Source: Azolla caroliniana
Taxonomy: Eukaryota; Plantae; Polypodiophyta
Assembly (NCBI GenBank): GCA_043228905.1
Contig: JBHGNT010000009.1
Span: 10,044,001-10,108,000, forward strand
Direction: 5' to 3'
Length of the DNA stretch: 64,000 nt
Below are positions 1-11,024 of this stretch, piece after piece. Every line of letters starts with the position of its first letter. The stretch's first letter is position 1. Position numbers and translations under genes: made by a program. The notes beneath the pieces were generated by a model. The model had not been told where the DNA came from and made no database searches. It saw only the letters and a list, made by a program, of their open reading frames with translations.

Positions 1-10
1 TTTCAATCGA

Positions 11-2284
11 ATGCAAAATGAGGGCATCTCTCCAGATGCAATAGTATTCACTTGCATCGTGAAAGCATGTGGAAAGTCTAGGGATATAAAGAAGGGCAAA
101 CAAATTCATGATGATATTTTAAACCGAGGCTTACTAGAGAACGATATTATGCTCGGCAATGCTTTGGTGGATATGTATGCCCAATGCAACATGTTTGAAA
201 AAGCACACGAAGTTCTTGAAAAACTGCCTATTCGAAATGTCGGTTCTTGGAATGCATTAATAACAGGGTTTGCTCAGTCACATGGGCGGGGGCATGAAGC
301 ACTGCATTGTTTTGAGCAGATGAAACATGAGGGTCTTCCACCCGATGAGGCCACCTTGACTTGCATCATGAAAGCATGTGGAATGTTAGGAGACATAGCT
401 AAGGGTAAAGAAATTCATGATGAGATTGCTTATAGGGGTTTGTTGAAGAAAGATGCTATACTTGGCAATGCTTTAGTTGATATGTATGCCAAATGTGGAA
501 TGCTTGCAAAAGCACAGAAAATTCTTGAACAGCTTTGTGTTCGAGATGTAGTATCCTGGTCTGCACTAATTGTAGGGTATACTCAGCAGGGGCAATATCA
601 TGAAGCACTGAACTGTTTTGAAGGGATGCAAAATGAGGGCCTTTCTCCAGATACAATCAGCTTCACTTGGATTTTGAAGGCATGTGGAAGAACTGAATCC
701 ATAGAGAAGGGTAAGCAAATCCATAATGAGATTATGCAGAGAGGTTTGCTACAGAAGGATATCACAATGGCGAATGCATTGATGGATATGTACACAAAAT
801 GTGGTATGCTTCTAAAAGCACAAGAAGTTCTACAAGGGCTTCCTATTCGAAGTGCAGTGTCTTGGTCTGTACTAATTGCAGGCTATATCCAACAGGGGAA
901 ATGCCACGAAGCACTAAAATGTTTCAATCAAATGCAGTGTGATGGCGTCTCTCCGGATGCAGTTACCTTCATATGTGTCCTTAAAGCATGTGGCAACATA
1001 GGGGCATTAGACAAAGGCAAAGAAATTCATGATAACATTGTGAGTTGGAATTTTCTGGAGAAAGATCCTGCACTTGCATCTGCTTTAATAGACATGTATA
1101 CCAAATGTGGTGTGCTTTCAAAGGCAGAAGAAGCTCTTCAAGAACTTTCTATTCGAAATGTAGCTTCTTGTTCTGCATTAATTTCAGGGTATGTGCAACA
1201 AGAGCAAGGCTATGAAGCCCTAGCTTTTCATGAACAAATGCAAAGTGAGGGTATCTTGCCAGATGTGGTCACCTACGTTTGCGTCTTAAAGGCATGTGGT
1301 AAAATAGGAGCTATGGACAAGGGCCAACAGATTCATGAGCAAATTATCAGTAGGAGTTTGCTAGGGAAGGACACTATTCTTGGAAATTCTTTGCTGGATA
1401 TGTACATCAAATGTGGAATGGTTGGGAAAGCACAAGAGTTGCTGGAGAAACTTCCTGTTCGAGATGAAATCTCTTGGTCTTCTCTAATTTTGGGGTATGC
1501 CGAACAAGAGCAAGGTCATGAAGCTTTGAACTGTTTTGAAGAGATGCAAAATGAGGGCCTCTTGCCAAATGTTCTTACATTTATCTCTCTTCTAAAGGCT
1601 TGCAGCATCACAGGATGCATAGACAAGGGCAAACAAATTCATGATGAAATTTTTTCTAGGGAATTGTTGACAAAGGATATTGTTCTTGGAACTGCCTTGG
1701 TGGATATGTATGCCAAATGTGGCATGCTTATTAAAGCAGAACAAGTCTTGGAAGAGCTTCCGGTTCGAAATCTAGTCTCGTGGAATGCATTAATTGCTGG
1801 TTTTGCACAAGATGGGAAAGGTCATGAGGCATTGAGGTGTTTCGAACAAATGAAAAAGGAGGGATTCTCTCCAGATGGAGTCACATTCTTATCTGTTTTA
1901 ACGGCATGTTGTCATTCAGGCCTACTAGATGATGCCGAAGTGCTTTTCACTAACATGACCAAAATATATGGCATTAGACCAAACTTGGAGCATCATACTT
2001 GCATGCTTTTGGTTTATGGATGTGCAGGGCACTTTGATAAGGTAATGTCTGTGATTAAGGCGATGCCATCGTCAGATTATTCTGCTGTTTGGATCACATT
2101 GCTAGGTGCTTGTTGCAAATGGGGAAATCTGAAGTTTGGGAAGTTAGCTTTTCATCACGCAATACAACTAGATACTAGTTGTGCTGCACCGTATATCCTT
2201 ATGGCCAGTATTTTTTCAGATGCTGGAATGCCAGATGAGGCTGGAATAATTGATGCCATGAGATTAAAATACGCAGGTTCATAA
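11..2284 (+). CDS. PLS-class pentatricopeptide repeat protein with C-terminal E domain, no DYW; 5'-truncated by the window edge
   Basis: Repeating P-L-S triplets (e.g. GNALVDMYAKCG...DVVSWSALI.GY...ALNCFE.MQ.EG..PD). C-terminus has an E1/E2-like segment (WITLLGACCKWG...YILMASIF). The frame is open to the window start (TTC AAT CGA ATG), so the true start lies upstream. No intron in the visible part. Confidence 0.95.
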   Translation: MQNEGISPDAIVFTCIVKACGKSRDIKKGKQIHDDILNRGLLENDIMLGNALVDMYAQCNMFEKAHEVLEKLPIRNVGSWNALITGFAQSHGRGHEALHCFEQMKHEGLPPDEATLTCIMKACGMLGDIAKGKEIHDEIAYRGLLKKDAILGNALVDMYAKCGMLAKAQKILEQLCVRDVVSWSALIVGYTQQGQYHEALNCFEGMQNEGLSPDTISFTWILKACGRTESIEKGKQIHNEIMQRGLLQKDITMANALMDMYTKCGMLLKAQEVLQGLPIRSAVSWSVLIAGYIQQGKCHEALKCFNQMQCDGVSPDAVTFICVLKACGNIGALDKGKEIHDNIVSWNFLEKDPALASALIDMYTKCGVLSKAEEALQELSIRNVASCSALISGYVQQEQGYEALAFHEQMQSEGILPDVVTYVCVLKACGKIGAMDKGQQIHEQIISRSLLGKDTILGNSLLDMYIKCGMVGKAQELLEKLPVRDEISWSSLILGYAEQEQGHEALNCFEEMQNEGLLPNVLTFISLLKACSITGCIDKGKQIHDEIFSRELLTKDIVLGTALVDMYAKCGMLIKAEQVLEELPVRNLVSWNALIAGFAQDGKGHEALRCFEQMKKEGFSPDGVTFLSVLTACCHSGLLDDAEVLFTNMTKIYGIRPNLEHHTCMLLVYGCAGHFDKVMSVIKAMPSSDYSAVWITLLGACCKWGNLKFGKLAFHHAIQLDTSCAAPYILMASIFSDAGMPDEAGIIDAMRLKYAGS

Positions 2285-4904
2285 GGACCGAATATCGATG
2301 TGTGAGTAGATTTTACCATGTGCATGCACAAATAGTTTATTAAGGAGATATTATAAAGTAACTCCATTCTTATACCACCATGGCAGCATTTCAATGTTTC
2401 TACTAAGGAGATGTTATAAAGTAGGATGCTGCGTGTGTTACGTACTAACGTACATGCACAATGTATACCATTTAGGGATGAACCCAGCCGCTTGGGTCGC
2501 TGCCCCAAGATCCCTTTCCCCATCTTCACTTGAACCGAGCCCACATTAATCCATGTCATAACTATATGGTCTCACGCATGAAGACCCCATCTAAGTGCTT
2601 AAACTTCGAGATTACTACTACCCTTAGTCAAACTTGACTTCTCATATGGGCATTGATGCTTGGGTTTGTTGGTAGGTTGGGAGGTTAAGTTTTGAGCTAA
2701 TAAAAACTTAAGAATTTCGCTAAGATATGACAAGAAAACATAGTAATAAGTGCAGATGATATTATCATTTCTTCTTCCTCATCTTTGTGTTGCCCTTTGG
2801 TCATGCTTTGACCACCATCTTGGAAGTTGTCAATTTTACATCCCTGATTTATGTATGGGCATGCAAAGCATTCTGATCACAAGAAGTATATGCCTAGAGT
2901 AGTTAGCTGTTTCTTAGAGGAAATCAATATCAACCCATTATGGTTCCCTCGTTGTGAACCAATAACCTCATCTCCCATCACCTCAAACCTTCAAGATGGT
3001 GAATGCACATCATGCTTCACTGCACCACTGGCATAAATATTTGGGAAAACAAAAGATTTTGCACAGAGATATCTTGTTGAGGTGCATGGTGTAAATTACC
3101 TAAGAGCATTATCTTCGATAGTTACATTCTTCGACGAATGCTAAATGTAATAACTTGATAGGTGGTATGAAAAACAACTCATTATAATTTTTCAACGTGA
3201 ATAAATCATTTGCTCTGTAGGACTTACTCATACAAGAAACAATGCAGGTTGCAAATGGGAATCTTCTCTAGAAGACAACAAGGCAATGTTATCGTTTTCA
3301 ACCCGAGACCATTTTTTGGGATTAAACTGGTGGTGGAAGTGCTTCATGATTGCAACATTAAACCCAAGAATTATACAATGAGTGCAGCATCAAATCGATT
3401 GGCTAAGACCTGATCATTTGACTCAAAGATTAGAGTAAAACATGAACTTGTAGCCCTACATATCCACATTACTCATGAATCTATAAGAAATGATATGTTA
3501 TATTCAATTTGTGGTGACACTTGAAGTTCCTTATATGATGTAAAAAAATAAGATTTCCATATTCTGCTTTAGCCTTTGCTATCCTGTTTAAAATCCGCTA
3601 CTGGTAAACATCAGGAATTGCATTCAAATTGCGAAGATTTAAATCTGAAGTCAACATTGGTTATCAAACCTTAGAATCTTTTCACTTGTGAACCCTGTTT
3701 GTTTCTGTGGGATATACCCTTTCTCAAGTCACAACACAACTATTGCATTTGTTGTTAACTTTGACATGTGTTATGTTAATAACATATCGTTGCAATTAAC
3801 CTCAATGGATGATGCTTAAAATTGTGATAATGTGGTAGCAATGCATCATTACATGTCTTGAAATGCCATGAGAATCTTCACTTGTGATAATTCATTCGCA
3901 GACTCAGTTGTACGAAATATAATTACAAATATACACAAGATCATGAGAGCAAATCTTTTGTTAATTCATTACTCCAAGAAGAGAATGTGTATGCTCTTCA
4001 GTATCCTATGTAACATAGCCACACTTGACAATAAGATATGGAAAACCTTATTCAGTTCATAATTACCTACATGTAGCATTAAAAAACATGTCATCCCATA
4101 CTACATCATACCTGAATACTGTTTTCAGGCATACTTATCACTCTTTCATTTGCCATCATGTCAGATTGGACTTGTGGTGGTAGTTGAAAGAACACTTATA
4201 TATTTTATCCAAATAATTCATGCTAATTTGATGAGACTGCGAAATCATAGAAATGTAGGGGTTCAAATATTAAGTGTATACTTCGGATGACAACATGATC
4301 AATTCACCAATCTGTTGTTTTGTACGAGCATTATCATTTACTTCCCAATTTTCAAATACATGCCAATAATAAGATGTTTGCCTTTGCTTCAGCAAAGATA
4401 TTTTTAACTGAACACAAACACTTATGGCAAGGCAAAAAGTATATAACTAGTTCTCAATTCCATGCACAAGAACAAAACGACATCAAACCACCCAATCAGC
4501 AACCTTGCACCAACACTCCGGAAAAATCCTCTCCTTTGCAAGCAATACAAGTGCTAAAAGGTTACAAAACTCTACTTTCTATGGAGTCTATTATTTGACC
4601 ATGAAAATGAAATAGTTAATTTTGTAAAAGTCAATAAAGATGTTAATTTCTCCAAAGCTTAGGGGCTGATAAATATGTGTTTTCATAAAATAAACCAAAG
4701 ATGATAAAAAACTGACAGTTAATGGCTTTTTGATCTCACATTTATATACCAAAACAATGACTTACATCTGTAGAGCCTGGATACAGTGAAGTGTACATTT
4801 TTTTTGGGAGTGAACCATGATACCTTCAGCACCAAGGGCAAATATTTAATACTGATGTTTTTTTTACACAGGCTGGACCCTGTAAATTCAGTGTAAAGAC
4901 TCTT

Positions 4905-5456
4905 TTATAAGTTCCGGTCAATAAATTCACAAATCCGTTCCTCCATATACATCCTATCTTTCAATCGTCGAGGCATGTGCCTCTCATCAGGGAAAACAAG
5001 GAGCTCATATTCTTTTCCTGCTGCAATGAATGCATTTATCAACCTTGCTGTGTGCCGAAAATGCACATTCTCATCAATCATACCATGCACAAGCAGCATT
5101 TTCCCTTTTATTCTTGGAACATGATGCAACACCGAGCTATTTTCATAAACCATTGGGTTTCTTTCAGGCATGCCCATGTATTTTTCGGTGTAAAAAGTGT
5201 CATATCCGTCCCATGCTGTAACTGGAGCCCCAGCAATAGCACACCTAAATATTTCTGGACAGCGTGCCAAACACATAGCTGCACAATACCCCCCATAGCT
5301 CCACCCATATATACCGATGTTTCCTGGAATTGCTAAACCTTCCCTGATTAACCATTGAACACCAGTCTCCTGATCTTCAACATCCACAAAACCCACTTTG
5401 TACTTCAAAGAACCTTCAAAACTTAGACCCCTCCGTGCTGTTCCCCTGTTATCAAG
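4905..5456 (-). CDS. DPP gene last exon (peptidase S9 catalytic domain)
   Basis: AG acceptor at 5458-5457; LDNRG...GWSYGG...DENVH...HMP; TAA at 4907-4905. Confidence 0.95.
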   Translation of the reverse strand, partial: LDNRGTARRGLSFEGSLKYKVGFVDVEDQETGVQWLIREGLAIPGNIGIYGWSYGGYCAAMCLARCPEIFRCAIAGAPVTAWDGYDTFYTEKYMGMPERNPMVYENSSVLHHVPRIKGKMLLVHGMIDENVHFRHTARLINAFIAAGKEYELLVFPDERHMPRRLKDRMYMEERICEFIDRNL

Positions 5457-8400
5457 CTGGCATTCAAAGAGCACAAAGTTTCCATGTTAAAAATCAATTC
5501 GGTTGGTTGAAGAAAACATGATTACAGTGTGAAGCTATTAGTTACACTATCATCACCAAATAATCTAAATGCTACTCTAGCAACAAGTTTGGCATATCTA
5601 AGAGGCCATCTTTAGAGGTATGATAAATGCAACCATCCCTATATTTAACCCAATGGGATCTATACTTAGTGACAACGAAAAAAAGGCCTTTCTACTTCCA
5701 TTAATTAATACTTCACAATCTACTTGCAAAACAGGTTATGCTTGCTTATTTGAAATACAAATGACGTGAATGATGAATCACATACTAAAGACTCATGGTA
5801 AGTGCAAAACCAGGAGCCAATGATATAGAATCCTCACTCAAGGATGATCACTGGAACTAAAATATTGTAGACCAAATGCTTATTCCAGAATCCAAATACA
5901 GTCTAGCCCATGGCCACTTGAATCTGTATATGAATTTTAACTGTAAGGAATATGAGGAATCCTTCTACACTGAAGCTTTTGTAGTGACAACATGAGCTCT
6001 TTTTGCAACATGACATTCAGACATGTGAGTATCGAGGAAAAATGGATGTGTGAGTAACAAACAATGCAGCATAAATTAGATAAAAGTTATGAGAGGATTA
6101 AATGTCTTAAATGTCACTCAGCAATACAAGTTTATATACCTTTGGAATTAATCATGCAATTTCTAGATTTATCAAATTGAAAGGGCAAACAAACAGAACA
6201 CCCTTTTGTAGCAAGCTTATCTGAAGACTGCATAACTAAGAAATGAAAAAGATGTTCAAGGATTTGCAGTTACCCTCCAAACGAGGATTCCTTTGCTTCG
6301 AAAGTATTGAGCTCGCATGTCCACAGTATTCATCCAGGTATTGCTGACGGTTTGTACATTAGGGCCCCCATATACACTAACAAGAGTTTTGTATGGAGGT
6401 GGCCCAAACAGCTTTGCATCTGGCTTGTAGAGAGCCCCATAAAGGATAGTCGCATCAGACGCGGTAATCTCTACTGTGTCTGGAGCACAAAGTTGCAGTT
6501 TACGTGCTCTTGGAGTTGGGGTGGGCTGTTCATAAAGTGGTATCAATCCCTTTCCATCTTCCAGGCTACAAAGCACTACACGAGGTGGAGTATGCAGAGA
6601 ATCATGCATGTCAACGAATCTCCGCATCTGGTGATCTAAAACCACTACATGCCTTCCTTCACCCTGTGTTAGCTTCTTTGGTTTAAGCAATGGAAGACTA
6701 GGATCTGGAAAAAGTTTAGTGCTGTACAGATGAGTCTCAAGAGGACTATCTAAAGTCCCTATAAAATAAACTTGACCGGAAACCTCATCAACACCTGCTA
6801 TTTGTTCCACCATCCAATCACCTTGAGTTAGAGGGGATAGACATACCCCGTTACAATCATAGAGGTACAAATGTCTGAAACCTGTTCGTTCACTTGCCCA
6901 TATAAACCCTCCAGTCAGCATATCAAATCCTTTCTGTAAAGGTGTGAAGCAATCATGAAGATTTATCCAGACCTCATTTTCTTCAATCAAGATGACTTTC
7001 CTGCTACCTGTTCTGATATCAAACTTTAACAGCTTCAATCTAGAATGTGATCGATTGAGAATCTGTGCAGTTAGTGTATTATCAGGCATCCATGCTACAC
7101 GGGCCAAGTACTCCTCATCATCCATGTCTTGATTTGAACCTGCACAGTGGAGATCTGTCCAGACAACATCTCCTCCTGCTGAAGGCACTATTCCAAGTCT
7201 CACTTTCACGTTGGATTGGCCAGCAAAAGGGTATGCATGGTCCTCTTGGGCATCACCACCAAGCTGAGGCTTGCCTAGATGCATGATCCGATATAGGGGT
7301 ACTCCACATGCATCAACTTCAGCAAAGGCCAGATATTTGCTATCAGGAGACCACCAGAATCCACTTCTCCTATCCATTTCTTCCTATTCCACAAAACAAA
7401 TTTGAAAATTCACAGAAATCAACATCACACTGCATAAAGTTCTGTAGCTTCAAAGATGTGGATACGTTAGTGTCGTCTTCGTCGTAAAGATTACCTGAGA
7501 AATGTACTCCGGTAGTCCATGAGTCTGCACAAACAGTCTTAGAGTCAATAAGATTAGAATGGCTTCTATTTTTACAGCACACTCAGGAACAGACTCTGAT
7601 GTGTGTTGAAAATGGAAGATGCATGAAAGTAGTTGATAAGTTCTCCGTAATCCTAAGCTTTATGTTGAAGTTTACCTTTCCAGCTTCTCGAGCTCCAAAT
7701 GTGATCTGTTTAGGTTCCCCACACCTCAATGAAGCCACAAACAGCTCTTCTTCGCGCACATAAGCAATCATAGAGCCATCAGGAGAGACTGTTGGGTCTA
7801 AAATTGGAGATGATGGACTTCCATATATTTTCAAGCAAAGCTCTTGGTTTGTGCCACTTTGAATATAAATCTGTTCAAAACATATATACCAACTCAGCCT
7901 TTCATCAGACTCTCTCTATGCTAGAGATCTTTCGAAGACAAAAGTTATAATATATCTAGCTTGAGAATCTCACATTTGCCGAAAACCAGATTCTTTCGTC
8001 TATTTTTATCTTATTTACTTTTATATTACTGAGTAATATTTAATTTATTTTGATTTGTTGTTCTCAAAGACGAAACACTTCAGATGTAATCGCTTGTTTG
8101 GTCTTATACACAATTTTCGCCTCTTAAAAGATGTCAATATATCTTTCTTTATTTCTTTCTTAAACCAGCCCCATGGACCATGACCTCGACACCCTTGTCA
8201 TCAACAGATAAAAGCCATTATCTCCCACCATCGTAGATGCTTCCCTCGCTTCGGAGACATTTCTATTCTGGATCGACCTATGCTAGAGATCTTTCAAAGA
8301 CAAAAGCTACAATATACCTAACTTGAGAATCTCACATGTGCCAAAAACCAGATTCCCTCGTTTCTTCTCTTTTCATCTTATTTACTTTTATATTTACTGT

Positions 8401-10984
8401 GTAGTATTTATTTTATTTTGATTTGTTCTCAAAGACGAGACAACACTCAAGATGTAATCTCTTATTTGGTCTTATAGGCCATTTCGGCCTCTTAAAAGAC
8501 ATCAATATATCTTTCTTCCTTTCTTCCTCTTAAACAACTCAACCTATTGAAATACCTATAATTACATGGATATATTGACACATGCGTGATATTCGTGATA
8601 TTCTCCATGCGCAATATTCTCAATATTCGAGAATACGAAATGGCCCCAAGAATATTAGAAAACCATTTGTTTTGCAAAATAAATATAAAATATTTATTTA
8701 TTTATTTAAATAAATTTATTTCACCAAAAAAAAAACAATGATTCATTAATAGATTATAGTGTCAAGAGAGATTATGAAACTTATTTTAATTAATCAATCA
8801 ATTAATTAATTTTTAAAAACGAATATTTTTATATTAATTATACAAATATGATTAGTATGAACTTTGAAGATATGATTCGTTTGAAGTACTATTTTTAATG
8901 TCAAAATAAAAATATCCATAAATTTTGAGGGAATAAAAAGTGAGAAATTAATGAGCCTTTATTTTATTTTATTTATTTATTAAAAATAAAACGAATACTT
9001 ATAGCTTATAAGTTATACATTTATTATAAAAATTTGGTAGTGTCAAATCCCCAAGTTCCTCTTTTATTATCCCTATTTATCCTGTGAAATTAAAAACGAC
9101 AGAGTTTTTCTTTTTTTTTGAGTTAAATGAATACTTGACCACACATTCATATTCGTATTCATTTGCATTCGAATGGGAAACCCGACGAATGCGAATATGT
9201 CAATCTATGATTACATGTGAAGGGCAATCTATTAATGTTCTTCTAGTATAGATATCCCTGTTGACATATTTTGGTAGTGATGTGTGTGAACACACTTAGG
9301 ACAGTGTTATGTGAACACACTTAGGATAGTGATGTGTGTGAACACACTTAGGACAGTGATGTGTGAACACACTTAAGACAATGATATGTGTGAACACACT
9401 TAGGAAAACAGGGGCATTTTTTCCCTCTTTAGGAGGTTTTTTCCCCCTGTCTATATATACTCTCATAACCCTAAAGTGGGAAAGCTTTTTGGGATTCAAA
9501 ACAAGAACCCAACAGTGGTATCTGAGCCAAAAAGCGACATTTGAGCAGCAAAGCAACGGCTCTCATACGCAGTCCGTCTGTGCCATCTGTGGTGGCATTT
9601 TTTTGTTGTTGAAAAAACCAATTTCTGCGTGTTTTCTTCCTCTGCGCAGTTGCAGTTGTGTTTTTTTTTTCTGCTTCCAAGTCGATTCAATCCTAGAAAA
9701 AGCCTCCTTGAGTCTTCCAAGACATTCCTATAACCCTCAGAAATCAGACTTGCTTCCCTTTTCTCTTCATTTGTTCATCTTTCAAGTCAAAGAGGTACAT
9801 TATTCCCTTCAGCAATCCAATTTTTACATCAAAACGTGTTCAGTTCACGGCCATGGCTGAGAGCAATGATGTATTTCGGATGCTTGCTGTTGGGGATAAA
9901 CTAGATGGAACAAATTACCCTCTTTGGGCTTATATGATGCACCATGTATTAGTAGCAAAGGGGTTGTGGAATGTGGTTCAAGGGGCTGAAAAACGTCATG
10001 TTGTTGAGAACACAAATGCTGATGATATTGATTCTATCGAGGATGTTGATCATCCTACTCTTGCCCATGCTACAGTTTTTGTTGTACCAACTGCAGAGCA
10101 ACTTCGTTGGGATGGCAGAGATGCTCAGGCACATACTTTGATAGCTTTGTCTGTGAAACGTGCCATTAGTCCCCATACTCGCTCTTGCAAGACAGCAAAG
10201 TATGCTTGGGATACTCTTACCACTTTGTACCAAGCAAGAAATGAGGCTCATGTTGCTTATCTCCGAAAACAATTGGAGAGCGAGCACATCAATGAAGGTG
10301 ATTCTATGGACAGTTTTCTTACAAAAATCAAAGATGTCAAGGAACAATTAATTTATAGTGATGAAATGATACTAGATAGTTCACTTGTGCAGACCGTTGT
10401 CGTGAAGAAAACCGTCCCCAGGCGCAAACCGTGTATAGCGTGTGTAAACCGGCCCTTACACGTGGGCACGCCCTTTGTTGTACAGTAGATAGGTAGGCAC
10501 AAGGTCAGATCCTAGGTAGCAATATTCTATAGGGAGAATCGAGGAGTATCTCTGTCCAAAAGGACAGAGAATTAATGTGATGTAAACGGGTAAGACGGCC
10601 TCCCTCCTTGAGCTACAAAAGAGAGGGAGTCGGGGGAGAAAAAGATATCGCGCACTAGAGGGGACGAAGTGCTATCGGACTGGGACCGAGCTCTTCTCCT
10701 CTGTCATTCTCCATAAGCTTTCTTTGCGCAGGTTCTCGAGAGGCTGATTCTGCTCCGTGGAACGCCCGTGTGCTTCCGGCAGAATCTCCATCTTGCTCCC
10801 CTGTATGCGTGGGTGATCAGGCGTCGACACCCGTCTCGCCGACCTGATCGGCTGTAACCATCCGAGTCATCTGCATACACATATTTATATACGCGTTCTT
10901 ATACTCTACCTCCTGCCCAACTTGTGTCTCTTGTGTTGGTCGGGCTGTGTTCCCGCGCGCTTCTTTGTCTATCCGTGTGTGAGC

Positions 10985-11024
<40 letters not shown>

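Noticed and set aside
2851-4598. Short ORFs between the PPR and DPP genes
   Set aside because: AT-rich, short and motif-free; consistent with chance ORFs.
9278-9407. CRISPR-like hairpin repeats
   Set aside because: No spacers; lies inside a Copia LTR.
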